Assembly (NCBI GenBank): GCA_038884575.1
Contig: JAWABQ010000002.1
Coordinates: 16,893 to 80,892 of the forward strand
Direction: 5' to 3'
Source: Candidatus Woesearchaeota archaeon
GTDB taxonomy: Archaea; Nanobdellota; Nanobdellia; Woesearchaeales; ARS49
Length of the DNA stretch: 64,000 nt
A program made the position numbers and the translations under genes. This document shows positions 18,427-27,445 of this stretch, one piece after another. The notes under the pieces are model-generated. The model did not search any database and was not told where the DNA came from. It saw only the letters and a list, made by a program, of their open reading frames with translations. Positions within the stretch are counted from its first letter, which is position 1. Each line of letters starts with the position of its first letter.

Positions 18427-19466
18427 AGGCGCTCGCAATAACACTCCCAGGGCTTTCTGATGTTTGTTCTGAAGAAATAAAGGAAATAACAGGAATTGCA
18501 GGCAGGGAAACAAAGGAAGCAGTTGTTTTTGATGCAGAACTTGAACAGATTTTCTCTGTTTGTTACAAGGCGCAGACAGTTTGCAGGGTTATTTTGCTTG
18601 TCAGCGAGGGAAAAATCAGCGAATTAAGCATACCCGCACAGTATTTGAAAGGCACAATATCAATCAATGGCAAGACAACAACAAAAGCAAACGAAGCCTC
18701 TGAAAACATAAAGGCAAACAAGGTGTACAAGAACGCAGACATTCCATTTTATTTGCACTTCGAGGATGATTATAATTGGTTAGGCATTGACCTGACAGGG
18801 GACATTTCAAAGCGAGACTACAGGATTTTTGTCGGCAGGGAAACAATAACAGGAATAACATCATTTGCCGCCCTGAAGCTGGCAGGATATGACGGCAAAA
18901 AAACACTTCTTGACCCAAACTGCAGGGCAGGAAGCATAGTCATAGAAGCAGCCTTGTCAGCATTGAAAATGCCGGTAAGGTATTATTCAAAGGACAAAAT
19001 GCTAATGAAAAAAGTGTTCAAGGACTTTGATTTTGAGAAGTTTTACAAGCAACAGGATTCGGTAATAAAAGAAAGCAGTTCCCCGATTATTGCCATTTCA
19101 GACCAGTTCCCGTCAGTACAGGCAACAAGGAAGAACGCAAAAATAGCAGGAGTCATCAAGGCCATTGACTTTTCAAGAACTTCTGTAGACTGGCTTGACC
19201 TAAAATTCGAGAAGAATTCCATAGACTTAATAGTGACGCAGCCAGTGGAGCTGACAACCAGTTTTCCGCCTAAAAAATTCAAAAAGCAAGCACTGCTTTT
19301 CTTTGAAAGAGCCAAAGCAATACTCAAGAAAAATGGCAAAATAGGGCTTGTGTTGAGGCAGGGCGCAGAGGAATACAAAGCAGCAGCAAAAGGATTTATT
19401 GTGGAGCACGAAAGGACAATCAGGCAGGGAAAGGAAGAATGGAAAATACTGGTGTTCTCTATATAG
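18423..19466 (+). CDS. THUMP-domain class I SAM-dependent methyltransferase, likely tRNA m2G methyltransferase (Trm14/TrmN-like)
   Basis: 347 aa. [16 protein letters not shown] resembles DPMCGSGT.LIEAA. The N-terminal ferredoxin-like and THUMP region is present. It overlaps the gyrA stop. Confidence 0.6.
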   Translation: MKALAITLPGLSDVCSEEIKEITGIAGRETKEAVVFDAELEQIFSVCYKAQTVCRVILLVSEGKISELSIPAQYLKGTISINGKTTTKANEASENIKANKVYKNADIPFYLHFEDDYNWLGIDLTGDISKRDYRIFVGRETITGITSFAALKLAGYDGKKTLLDPNCRAGSIVIEAALSALKMPVRYYSKDKMLMKKVFKDFDFEKFYKQQDSVIKESSSPIIAISDQFPSVQATRKNAKIAGVIKAIDFSRTSVDWLDLKFEKNSIDLIVTQPVELTTSFPPKKFKKQALLFFERAKAILKKNGKIGLVLRQGAEEYKAAAKGFIVEHERTIRQGKEEWKILVFSI

Positions 19467-19499
19467 GCGCGATACATTTATAAATAAGCGTGTCACTAC

Positions 19500-19905
19500 T
19501 ATGTTTGGGTTGGGACCGACTTTGGCTGTCGGTGAATGCTTTGGCATAGCGCCGAGTATTCGCTGAGGAAAGTCTTCCCACCGCCCATTGGCTTTTGCGA
19601 GCCCATGGGCAAAGTGCCACTCGCGTTGAGCGAGATCCAGCAATGGATGGCAAACCGCACAGAAACGAGACCGCCCACGAGGAGGATGATGGTCGTGAAG
19701 CTTCCGGCGACGGAAGTGAGCTAACCGCCTGACGTTCTCTTGGGAATGGGTGAAACGGCGAGGAACTGGCTGGTGCAAGCCGGATTTTCCGGTGCTCAGT
19801 AGAATGCCAAAACCGCCTGTCCTTCAGGGTTAAATGCCCTGAGTCCTGCTGATATCAGGAAATGGAGGCGGACAAAAGGGAGCTTATGCGGGCCCAACCC
19901 ACTTT
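19500..19905 (+). ncRNA. rnpB: RNase P RNA (archaeal type A-like)
   Basis: GAGGAAAGTCTTCCCACCGCC (P4), ACAGAAA, GGGTGAAACGGCG and GGTTAAATGCCC elements. P1 pairs GTTTGGGTTGGG at the 5' end with CCCAACCCAC at the 3' end. Confidence 0.75.
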
Positions 19906-19924
19906 TATTTCATGAGGTGCTTCA

Positions 19925-20098
19925 ATGGCTGACAAGAACCGCGTGTCAATGCCGGCGTCCACGGCAGGGTTAACGCGCTATTTCGAGGACTACAGGAGCA
20001 GGATAGAGATAAAGCCAGCATACGTGATAGTGATGGCTGTGGCAGTAATGCTGATAATCATTCTTTTGAACGCGTACGGTAGCACATTGCTCGGTTAA
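19925..20098 (+). CDS. secG: preprotein translocase subunit Sec61-beta (archaeal SecG)
   Basis: 57-aa ORF missing from the track: MADKNRVSMPASTAGLTRYFEDYRSRIEIKPAYVIVMAVAVMLIIILLN. The GL(M/T)RYF motif is followed by a C-terminal TM helix. Confidence 0.7.
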   Translation: MADKNRVSMPASTAGLTRYFEDYRSRIEIKPAYVIVMAVAVMLIIILLNAYGSTLLG

Positions 20099-20110
20099 GT
20101 GTGATAAAAT

Positions 20111-20446
20111 ATGTTTCCAGGAATGAATCCAAAGGACCTCGCCAAGGCAATGAAGCGCCTGGGCATCCAGCAGGAGGAGCTTGAAGCCCACGAGGTCATC
20201 ATAAGGCTGCCAGACAAGGACCTGGTCTTCAGCGACCCGCAGGTCACAAAAGTCAACGCGATGGGGCAGCTCTCATTCCAAGTAACAGGAGAGCCAGAAG
20301 AAAGGCTTCGCGAGCCTGTCGTCAGTGAGGAAGACGTTAAAACGGTGATGGAACAGGCCAAAGTCGATCGTGAGAAAGCGATGGCTGCAATCAAGGAGCA
20401 CAAAGGCGACCTTGCAGGAGCCATCCTCGAGCTAACCAAAGTATGA
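20111..20446 (+). CDS. nac: nascent polypeptide-associated complex protein (NAC alpha)
   Basis: 111 aa with a NAC domain (HEVIIRLPDKDLVFSDPQVTKV) and a C-terminal UBA-like EHKGDLAGAILEL. Confidence 0.75.
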   Translation: MFPGMNPKDLAKAMKRLGIQQEELEAHEVIIRLPDKDLVFSDPQVTKVNAMGQLSFQVTGEPEERLREPVVSEEDVKTVMEQAKVDREKAMAAIKEHKGDLAGAILELTKV

Positions 20447-20910
20447 CGTCAATTCGTGAGGCACTTGAACGTGCCAGGCAGGAATTGAAAAGGGCAGACC
20501 ATCTTATCTATGTCAGTCTGAAGTATACGCGCACTGTTGATGTCCTCAAGAGCATAATCAGCAGGCTTATTGCGACTGTCGAGGCAGGGATTGATGCCCT
20601 GCTGCACTTTGCCAAGAAAGAAGGCAAGATTCCTGCAGTGCCCACCTTGCCCCGGCTAAAAATCGAGGCGCTGAAAAAAGCATTTGCAGAAGACCACCAG
20701 CTGAAGCAGTACATCAGATTCTACCTCCTTCTCCGAAAGCTTGACAAGGCACATTTTGAGCGCGCACAGGAATACAGAAGGCATGTCACCATGAAGGCAG
20801 CGCTTGATGAAAACCACGTTGAAATAACGATAGACATAATAAGCGACTACTTCCACAAGGCAAAAGAATTCCTGCTGATAATAGAGCAGATGACCGAAAA
20901 AGAAAGGTAA
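20443..20910 (+). CDS. hypothetical protein
   Basis: 155 aa, ATGA-coupled to nac. Confidence 0.45.
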   Translation: MTSIREALERARQELKRADHLIYVSLKYTRTVDVLKSIISRLIATVEAGIDALLHFAKKEGKIPAVPTLPRLKIEALKKAFAEDHQLKQYIRFYLLLRKLDKAHFERAQEYRRHVTMKAALDENHVEITIDIISDYFHKAKEFLLIIEQMTEKER

Positions 20911-20912
20911 CT

Positions 20913-21425
20913 ATGGAAGACATAACATCCAAGCTCGCAGCAAAAGGCTGGAGCAGGACTGAAATCAGGAAAACAGCAGACATAATGGCGCACGCCCAGG
21001 AATACAAGAGCGCCTCAATGAAATTCTTGGAGCAGTCTGCATTCTGGGTAGCGCTCCTCATTGCAATATTCGGCAATTTTGTTGTAAGCGTTGTGCTCGT
21101 GCCATTCCTTTTGCTGCTGAAAGGCGCCGCACTTTACGCCACTGTCTTTGCAGTCGGCGTGTCATTCGGGCTGATTTTCAATGTCCTGATACACTACATA
21201 GAGGAGCTTGGCGAGGGCCAGCACATAATCGCAGGGGCATTCATACCTGCACTGGCGCTGATTAACATATACATCATTGCATACTTATCGAACAGGCTTG
21301 AAATCCTGATGCAGCTTGCAACACCTGCGCACAGCCCGCTTGGGGTGAGCATTGCATATGTTATTGCATTTGTGCTGCCATACCTTGTAAAGCATTTCCA
21401 GCATGTCAAGAAAAAAAGGCTTTAG
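20913..21425 (+). CDS. hypothetical membrane protein
   Basis: 170 aa with four predicted TM helices. Confidence 0.45.
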   Translation: MEDITSKLAAKGWSRTEIRKTADIMAHAQEYKSASMKFLEQSAFWVALLIAIFGNFVVSVVLVPFLLLLKGAALYATVFAVGVSFGLIFNVLIHYIEELGEGQHIIAGAFIPALALINIYIIAYLSNRLEILMQLATPAHSPLGVSIAYVIAFVLPYLVKHFQHVKKKRL

Positions 21426-21481
21426 CGCTGTTTTTGCAAGGATAGATTTTTAAAGAACGAAAATGCAAATTCTCTTATCAC

Positions 21482-21568
21482 GGCGGCCTTAGTATAGTGG
21501 TAGTACGGGGGACTGTGGCTCTGACGAGCAGAACTCCCCAGGCCCGGGTTCGATTCCCGGAGGTCGCC
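21482..21568 (+). tRNA. tRNA-His (anticodon GTG) with encoded G-1 and a ~15-nt intron in the anticodon loop
   Basis: G-1 at 21482 pairs with C73. Acceptor GCGGCCT/AGGTCGC, D arm GTAT-AGTGGTA-GTAC, anticodon stem GGGGA/TCCCC enclosing 22 nt (CTGTGG + intron CTCTGACGAGCAGAA + C), T arm CCGGG-TTCGATT-CCCGG. Confidence 0.65.
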
Positions 21569-21643
21569 TTAAGGCGCGGAGCGCTAGAGGTGCGACCGAC
21601 GGACCAGCCGGACCGCAGTTCGGCGCTGCCCGGAGGTCACCTT
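21556..21643 (+). repeat. 15-nt direct repeat of the tRNA-His 3' end (CCCGGAGGTCGCCTT / CCCGGAGGTCACCTT) separated by 58 bp
   Basis: Copy 1 at 21556-21570 lies inside the tRNA. Copy 2 at 21629-21643 lies in a GC-rich spacer. Confidence 0.5.
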
Positions 21644-21657
21644 TTGTTACATACAAA

Positions 21658-22074
21658 ATGAAAGTCTCGACACACATGATTCTGGCAGTTATTGCTTATT
21701 TCATACTTCAAAATTTTTTCGGAGTCAAATTTGCCCTTATCTTTGCGATTTCTTCGGTTATTGTTGACATTGACCACTGGTTTTGGGCTGTTTACAAGGC
21801 AAAGAAATGGTGGCTGCACGAGGCGTATTTTTGGAACCTTGAGGACATAAAGCGGATGCGGGTATGCGAAGCCAGGGGCAGGAAGGTAAAGTCAGTGCTG
21901 CACGTATTCCACACAATAGAATTCATTCTCATAGCGCTTGTTGCAGGGCTGTTCCTGCCTGTATTGCTGCCAGCATTCTGGGGCATAATCTTTCATTTCA
22001 GCTGCGATATGCTCCAAACATTCATTGAAAAAACCCACGGCAGGAGAAAGTTGTCATTGTTCCAGAATTCTTGA
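21658..22074 (+). CDS. hypothetical membrane protein
   Basis: 138 aa with four predicted TM helices. Confidence 0.4.
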   Translation: MKVSTHMILAVIAYFILQNFFGVKFALIFAISSVIVDIDHWFWAVYKAKKWWLHEAYFWNLEDIKRMRVCEARGRKVKSVLHVFHTIEFILIALVAGLFLPVLLPAFWGIIFHFSCDMLQTFIEKTHGRRKLSLFQNS

Positions 22075-22206
22075 TTCTGCCCGCAAGCTTTATAAAGAGA
22101 CTGCGTTCTTTTTCGAAATATTAGCCCGAGTCCAGACGTTGTGTTTGGGCGACAGAGGGTTGAGCCAGCATTTCTGGTTTAATTCTGTCGGGTATAATAA
22201 CGCAAA

Positions 22207-22773
22207 ATGGCAGAACCACAAGCACCAAAGCCAACAGCACCTGCGCAGCAGGCAAAGCCAGCGGCACCAGCGCCAAAGACGGCTGCGCAACCTGCTCCAG
22301 AGCTAAAGCACCTTGTGCGCATTGCAAACACAGACCTTGACGGCAAAAAGGCAATAGCATTCGCGCTCAGCAAGATAAAAGGGGTCGGAATACCTTTTGC
22401 GCACGCAGCATGCAGGATAGCAGGTGTTGACGTGAACAAAAAGGCAGGAGCGCTTTCAGACACAGAGGTCAAAAAGGTCGAAGAGGTTGTCAAGGACCCA
22501 ATCAAGGCAGGAATGCCTGCATGGGCAGTAAACAGGCGCTTTGACCCTGAAACAGGCCAGAACAAGCACCTGCTCTCAGGCGACCTGCAGTTCATAATCG
22601 AGAATGACATCAAGATAATGAAGAAAATCAAGTGCTACAAGGGAATAAGGCACATCCTCGGACAGCCAGTCAGGGGGCAAAGGACAAGGAGCAACTTCAG
22701 GAAGAACAAGGGCAAAGTCATGGGAGTCAGAAGGTCAGCATCAGCAAAGGCATCTTCTGGCGGAACAACATAA
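22207..22773 (+). CDS. rps13: 30S ribosomal protein S13 (uS13) with a ~40-aa Ala/Pro/Lys-rich N-terminal extension
   Basis: KHLVRIANTDLDGKK...KGVG...GIRH..GQPVRGQRTRSN, with the N-terminal MAEPQAPKPTAPAQQAKPAAPAPK. Confidence 0.8.
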   Translation: MAEPQAPKPTAPAQQAKPAAPAPKTAAQPAPELKHLVRIANTDLDGKKAIAFALSKIKGVGIPFAHAACRIAGVDVNKKAGALSDTEVKKVEEVVKDPIKAGMPAWAVNRRFDPETGQNKHLLSGDLQFIIENDIKIMKKIKCYKGIRHILGQPVRGQRTRSNFRKNKGKVMGVRRSASAKASSGGTT

Positions 22774-22782
22774 AGGTGAACA

Positions 22783-23391
22783 ATGGGCGACCCAAGAACA
22801 ATCAAGAGCAAGTACGACAGGCCAGGACATCCCTGGCAGAAGGAGCGCATTGAGGAAGAAAGGGCGCTGCTCCGCGAGTACGGGCTCAAGAACAAGACAG
22901 AAATCTACAGGGCGCGCTCAAAGTTAAAGACATTTGCAGACCTTGCAAAGAAGCTCATTGCAGCACGCGGAACACAGGCAGAAAAGGAAAGGCAGCAGCT
23001 GCTCACAAGACTTGCAAGGCTAGGGCTTGTAAAGCAGGGAGCACAGCTTGATGACGTGCTTGGGATCCAGCTCAGGAACATCCTTGAAAGAAGGCTCCAG
23101 ACAATGGTATTCAGGAAGGGCCTTGCAAGAAGCATCAACCAGTCAAGGCAGTTCATAGTCCACGAGCACATCACAGTCGGAAACAGGTCTGTCTCATCAC
23201 CATGCTACCATGTGCCTGTTGACGAGGAGGCAACGATAGCATTCGTTCCAGCATCAAAGCTGGCGAACACAGCGCACCCAGAGCGCGCACTGCCGCCGAA
23301 AAAGCCAGAACCTCCAAGGCAGCCAAATGATGAGCACAGAAGGCGCGGACCGCCACGCAGGCAGCAAAGGCGCACGGAGGACAGGAAATGA
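22783..23391 (+). CDS. rps4: 30S ribosomal protein S4 (uS4) with a basic C-terminal extension
   Basis: [16 protein letters not shown]...[10 protein letters not shown], plus a Pro/Arg-rich C-terminal tail. Confidence 0.8.
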   Translation: MGDPRTIKSKYDRPGHPWQKERIEEERALLREYGLKNKTEIYRARSKLKTFADLAKKLIAARGTQAEKERQQLLTRLARLGLVKQGAQLDDVLGIQLRNILERRLQTMVFRKGLARSINQSRQFIVHEHITVGNRSVSSPCYHVPVDEEATIAFVPASKLANTAHPERALPPKKPEPPRQPNDEHRRRGPPRRQQRRTEDRK

Positions 23392-23783
23392 TGCCTGCAA
23401 TCCGCTGGGGGGTAGCACACATTTACACAAGTTACAACGACACAATAATCCACATCACTGATATTTCGGGGACAGAAACCATTGCTGTCGCCTCAGGCGG
23501 AATGATGGTGAAGAGCGACCGCATGGAAGGCTCGCCAACAGCAGCAATGATGGCTGCCAAGCGGGCTGCAGAGCTCGCCCACGACAAGGGCATTGGCGGG
23601 GTTCATGTCAAGGTCAAGGCGCCAGGAGGGCACAACGGGCCTCACAACCCTGGCCCGGGAGCGCAGGCTGCAATCAGGGCCCTGAGCAGAATGGGGCTCA
23701 GGATCGGGATAATAGAGGACGTAACGCCCATGCCCCACGGAGGGTGCAGGAAGAAGGGCGGGAAGAGGGGACGAAGGGTATGA
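23388..23783 (+). CDS. rps11: 30S ribosomal protein S11 (uS11)
   Basis: [17 protein letters not shown]...[18 protein letters not shown]. Confidence 0.8.
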   Translation: MMPAIRWGVAHIYTSYNDTIIHITDISGTETIAVASGGMMVKSDRMEGSPTAAMMAAKRAAELAHDKGIGGVHVKVKAPGGHNGPHNPGPGAQAAIRALSRMGLRIGIIEDVTPMPHGGCRKKGGKRGRRV

Positions 23784-24562
23784 ACATCGAATTCCTTAAT
23801 TCGGATGAGAAGTCAGGGCGCGTGACGTTCCTGCTGAAGGATACAACACCTGCATTCGCAAACGCTATGCGCAGGGCAATGATAGAAAGCGTGCCGACAA
23901 TGGCAATTGACACCATAGAGTTCAGGGAGAACAGCTCTGTGCTTTACGACGAGATAATCGCACACAGGCTCGGACTGCTCCCCTTGAGCACAGATTTGAA
24001 AAGCTACATGCTCTCCTCAAAATGCAAATGCAAGGGAGAGGGGTGCAACAGGTGCACTCTGAAGCTTACGCTGAAGGCAAAAGGGCCGTGTGTTGTTTAT
24101 GCCTCTGATATCAAGAGCAAAGACCCAAAGGTAAAGCCTGTTTACGGCGACACGCCAATAGTCAAGCTCCTGAAAGGCCAGGAGCTGGAGCTTGAGGCAA
24201 CAGCAGTGCTCGGCCAGGGCAAGCAGCACATCAAGTGGAGCCCATGCCTTGCATGGTATGTTTACGAGCCAATCATCACAGTCAACAACGACAGCCCGAA
24301 GTTTGCAGAGTGCAAGGCGAAATTCCCTCCGCAAATCTTCGACAAGAACGGGAAGATAGACAAGAAGCTGATATCAGGCAACAGCCTTGTTGATGCCTGC
24401 GACGGGGTGTGCCCCGATGTTGTCAAGATTGAGCACAACCCGAAGAACTTCCTGTTCAGCATAGAGCCATGGGGACAATTAACTCCCAAGGAAATCGCAA
24501 TTGCAGCTGCTGACATGCTCCTCGAGTCATTAAATGAATTCGAGGAAAAGCTCGGGAAATAA
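23780..24562 (+). CDS. rpoD: DNA-directed RNA polymerase subunit D (Rpo3)
   Basis: The start MNIEFL is ATGA-coupled to rps11. Alpha-like dimerisation motif and Cys cluster [11 protein letters not shown]...CDGVC. Confidence 0.75.
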   Translation: MNIEFLNSDEKSGRVTFLLKDTTPAFANAMRRAMIESVPTMAIDTIEFRENSSVLYDEIIAHRLGLLPLSTDLKSYMLSSKCKCKGEGCNRCTLKLTLKAKGPCVVYASDIKSKDPKVKPVYGDTPIVKLLKGQELELEATAVLGQGKQHIKWSPCLAWYVYEPIITVNNDSPKFAECKAKFPPQIFDKNGKIDKKLISGNSLVDACDGVCPDVVKIEHNPKNFLFSIEPWGQLTPKEIAIAAADMLLESLNEFEEKLGK

Positions 24563-24588
24563 TATTCCGCGGGCAACACCCTAAATTT

Positions 24589-24674
24589 GCAGGGGTGGCA
24601 GAGCTTGGTCAAATGCGCTAGCTTGAGGGGCTAGTCCCTTAGTGGGTGCGAGGGTTCAAATCCCTTCCCCTGCA
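24589..24674 (+). tRNA. tRNA-Leu (anticodon GAG), long variable arm
   Basis: GCAGGGG...CTAGC-TTGAGGG-GCTAG, long variable arm, GAGGG-TTCAAAT-CCCTT, CCCCTGC. It is inserted between rpoD and L18e. Confidence 0.7.
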
Positions 24675-24683
24675 TAAACGAAC

Positions 24684-25046
24684 ATGAAAAGAACAGGTCC
24701 GACAAACGAGCACATGCGTGCGCTGATTATGGAATTGCGCAAAGAAAGCAGTACTCAGAAGGCTGGAATCTGGTCAAGAGTTGCAGAAGACCTTGAGCTG
24801 CCCACGCGCAAAAGAAGGGTGGTGAACCTTTCAAGGCTCAACAGGAGCACAAAGGCAAATGAGACTGTTATTGTTCCTGGAAAAGTCCTTGGATCAGGAA
24901 TGCTTGAGCACGGGCTTGTCATTGCGGCTTTTGCATTCTCAAATGGCGCAAAAGAGCGCATAGAGCAGGCAAAAGGCAAGTGCCTCACAATACAGGAGCT
25001 GGTAAAGCAGAACCCGAAAGGGAAGGATGTCAGGATCATAGGATGA
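24684..25046 (+). CDS. rpl18e: 50S ribosomal protein L18e (eL18)
   Basis: 120 aa. Its position between rpoD and L13 matches the canonical archaeal order, and it is basic. Confidence 0.7.
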   Translation: MKRTGPTNEHMRALIMELRKESSTQKAGIWSRVAEDLELPTRKRRVVNLSRLNRSTKANETVIVPGKVLGSGMLEHGLVIAAFAFSNGAKERIEQAKGKCLTIQELVKQNPKGKDVRIIG

Positions 25047-25480
25047 TTACCATGGCAGAAATAAACATTGATGCAACAAACCTCGTTGTCGGAAGGATGG
25101 GAAGCTATGCTGCAAAGCAGGCATTGCTTGGGCACAGCGTGAACATCTTCAACTGCGAAAAGGCAGTAATGACAGGGGGAAGGGACTTCAATGTCGAGCA
25201 GTACAGGTATTTGATAAAGGAAACAGGGCAGCCGCAAAAAGGGCCTTTCATTTCAAGGCTGCCTGACAGGTTTGTCCGCAGGCAGATAAGGGGAATGCTG
25301 CCGCACAAGAAAGCGCGCGGAATGGCTGCATGGAAGCGGATAATGTGCTATGTCGGAGTGCCTGAGGAATTCAAGGGCAAAAAGCTTTCAACCCTTGACT
25401 GGGCAGGCCTCAAACACAAGAAAACAATGAAAATCATAACAATAGGCGAACTTTGCAAGATGATTGGAGGAAGAGCCTGA
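25043..25480 (+). CDS. rpl13: 50S ribosomal protein L13 (uL13)
   Basis: MITMAEINIDATNLVVGRMGSYAAKQALLG, ATGA-coupled on both sides. The track's N-terminal extension from 24980 is rejected. Confidence 0.75.
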   Translation: MITMAEINIDATNLVVGRMGSYAAKQALLGHSVNIFNCEKAVMTGGRDFNVEQYRYLIKETGQPQKGPFISRLPDRFVRRQIRGMLPHKKARGMAAWKRIMCYVGVPEEFKGKKLSTLDWAGLKHKKTMKIITIGELCKMIGGRA

Positions 25481-25875
25481 TGAAGTCAATTCACGTTTCA
25501 GGAAGCAGGAAGAGCGCAGTAGCCAGGGCAACGCTTGTGCCCGGCGCAGGGATAATAAGGATTAACTCGCAGTTGCTTGATGCTTATGAACCTGCAATGT
25601 CAAGGCTCAAGATACAGGAGCCGGTAATTATTGCAGGCGACAAGGCAAAGGAAGTGAACATCGATGTCTCTGTCCACGGCGGCGGAATCAGCAGCCAGGC
25701 AGAGGCGGCAAGGCTCGTTGTTGCACGAGCGCTGGCAAAATACGACGAAACCCTGCAAAAAGACTTCCTTGGCTATGACAGGATGCTTCTTGTAGCCGAT
25801 GTTCGCAGGAAAGAAACACACAAGCCCAACTGCCACGGAAAGGCAAGGGCAATGAGGCAAAAATCATACAGGTGA
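25480..25875 (+). CDS. rps9: 30S ribosomal protein S9 (uS9)
   Basis: MKSIHVSGSRKSAVARATL...GGGISSQAEAARL...RRKETHKPNCHGKARAMRQKSYR. Confidence 0.8.
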   Translation: MKSIHVSGSRKSAVARATLVPGAGIIRINSQLLDAYEPAMSRLKIQEPVIIAGDKAKEVNIDVSVHGGGISSQAEAARLVVARALAKYDETLQKDFLGYDRMLLVADVRRKETHKPNCHGKARAMRQKSYR

Positions 25876-25879
25876 TACC

Positions 25880-26077
25880 ATGATAATACCAATAAGGTGC
25901 TGGAGCTGCGGAAAACCAATAGCGCACTTATGGGAAAAATACAAGGAGCGCGTTGACAAGGGAGAGTCAAAAAAGGCAGTTCTTGACGACCTCGGGCTTG
26001 ACAGGTACTGCTGCAGGACAATGTTCCTAGGGCATGTGGACTTGATAGACACAGCAGGGCAGTTTAAGAAAGGCTAA
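25880..26077 (+). CDS. rpoN: DNA-directed RNA polymerase subunit N (Rpo10)
   Basis: 65 aa: MIIPIRCWSCGKPI...YCCRTM, a zinc-binding CxxC...CC. Confidence 0.8.
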   Translation: MIIPIRCWSCGKPIAHLWEKYKERVDKGESKKAVLDDLGLDRYCCRTMFLGHVDLIDTAGQFKKG

Positions 26078-26082
26078 ATTTT

Positions 26083-26823
26083 TTATTCTTTTATTCCCAC
26101 ATAAAGACCGCGGCCTCTGGGAGTATTCTTGATGTAAAATGCTTTTAGCTTTGCATTCTTCATTATCCTTAGCGTGTCTTTTATTTCAAAAAGGCCAAGG
26201 CAATCCCTGCCTCTTAAATACCTCACGCCTTTACCCTTTTCCCAAATCAGCGTGTGTTCATCAAACCATGAGAGTGAGTTCTTCCTATCGCTCAGCATAA
26301 GGCGCGCAATTTTTATTCCATTGCCTTCGTACAGCCTGAAAGTAACTTTTCCTTTTATGAACCGCGACTTAGTGTACCATGGTTCAATTATCACGATTCC
26401 GCCCTTTTTCAGGTGCCTGGAAAAACCATTGATTGTTTTCTTAAGATTTTTCAAGGTCCTGACATATCCGATTGCGCTGAAAAGCGTAATAATAATGTCA
26501 AATTTCCTTCCAAGGTTTAATTTTGTCATGTCAGCCTGCCTGTAGGCCACACCACGCACTTTTTTCCTGGCAATTTTCAGAATTTCCTTGTTTAGGTCAA
26601 CACCTGTGCACTTGAAATCCTTTTTCAGGTAAACAAGATGCCTTCCTGTTCCGCAGCCAACATCAAGAAGCGTGTTGCCGCTGGACTTTTTGTATTTTTT
26701 AATTAATTTTTTTATTAAATCCACCTCTTTTTTGGTGTTTTCCTTTGCATAAATAAAATCATAATACTTTGCAAACTCCCTGTATTCAAGCTGTTCTTTC
26801 ATAAATGCGTCCTTTTGCCCCAC
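26083..26823 (-). CDS. class I SAM-dependent methyltransferase
   Basis: 246 aa. LLDVGCGTGRH is SAM motif I. Confidence 0.65.
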   Translation of the reverse strand: MGQKDAFMKEQLEYREFAKYYDFIYAKENTKKEVDLIKKLIKKYKKSSGNTLLDVGCGTGRHLVYLKKDFKCTGVDLNKEILKIARKKVRGVAYRQADMTKLNLGRKFDIIITLFSAIGYVRTLKNLKKTINGFSRHLKKGGIVIIEPWYTKSRFIKGKVTFRLYEGNGIKIARLMLSDRKNSLSWFDEHTLIWEKGKGVRYLRGRDCLGLFEIKDTLRIMKNAKLKAFYIKNTPRGRGLYVGIKE

Positions 26824-26857
26824 TTTATTTAAATATTACCTGATTAAAACACCAATC

Positions 26858-27421
26858 ATGCCTGTTTTTATCATAGAGCACATGGAGCCAAGGGTGTGGA
26901 AGTGGTGCTATCTTGAGTACAAGCACATATCAACAATTGTTGGCAAGGAGAACTTGTGGTTCACAAACGTCAAAACAGGCAAAGCTCAACTGCGAAGGCT
27001 TGGTAAGGTATTTTCCAAAAGCGTAACTGAAATGAATCTTGAGAATCCTGTAATCCTTGACGCAGATGCAAACAAGACACTCACGCCAAAAGAAGCCAAG
27101 AAATTCAGCCACATAATATTTGGCGGAATACTTGGAGACTATCCACCGCGCGGAAGGACAAAGGATTTGCGGATAAAAATGCCCGGTGTTGAGGCAAGGA
27201 ATATGGGAAAAGAGCAGATGAGCACAGACACTGCTGTCCTTGTTGCTTATACAATCCTTTCAGGAATGCCATTGCACAAGATAAGGTTCACTCACCACGT
27301 TGACATTGACGTACGCGAGGGTGAGAGCGTGACTTTGCCTTACAAATATGTCCTTAAGGATGGCAAGCCTGTGCTGGCTCCGGGGCTTGTTGAGATGCTT
27401 CGTCGCCAGAAAGGTTTTTAA
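26858..27421 (+). CDS. conserved hypothetical protein, possibly a Tsr3/DTW-like acp-transferase fold (low confidence)
   Basis: 187 aa. PVFIIEHMEP...ILDADANKTLTPKEAKKFSHIIFGGILGDYPPRGRT weakly resembles Tsr3 (VYIID...LDPFA..L). Confidence 0.35.
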   Translation: MPVFIIEHMEPRVWKWCYLEYKHISTIVGKENLWFTNVKTGKAQLRRLGKVFSKSVTEMNLENPVILDADANKTLTPKEAKKFSHIIFGGILGDYPPRGRTKDLRIKMPGVEARNMGKEQMSTDTAVLVAYTILSGMPLHKIRFTHHVDIDVREGESVTLPYKYVLKDGKPVLAPGLVEMLRRQKGF

Positions 27422-27445
27422 ACGACTCGCTTCCAGTTCTTCGCT

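Noticed and set aside
19227-19778. ORFs 19227-19778(-), 19459-19653(-) and 19536-19724(+) over the RNase P RNA
   Set aside because: They lie on a structured RNA gene with conserved P4/GNRA elements, and their composition is biased.
21489-21677. 62-aa minus ORF across tRNA-His
   Set aside because: It overlaps a confidently folded tRNA.
23744-23779. Upstream start of rpoD ([12 protein letters not shown])
   Set aside because: It overlaps the S11 3' end. The ATGA-coupled start at 23780 (MNIEFL) fits the operon pattern.
24980-25042. Upstream extension of L13 (MPHNTGAGKAEPEREGCQDHR)
   Set aside because: It overlaps L18e. L13 starts at the ATGA-coupled Met (MITMAEINID).
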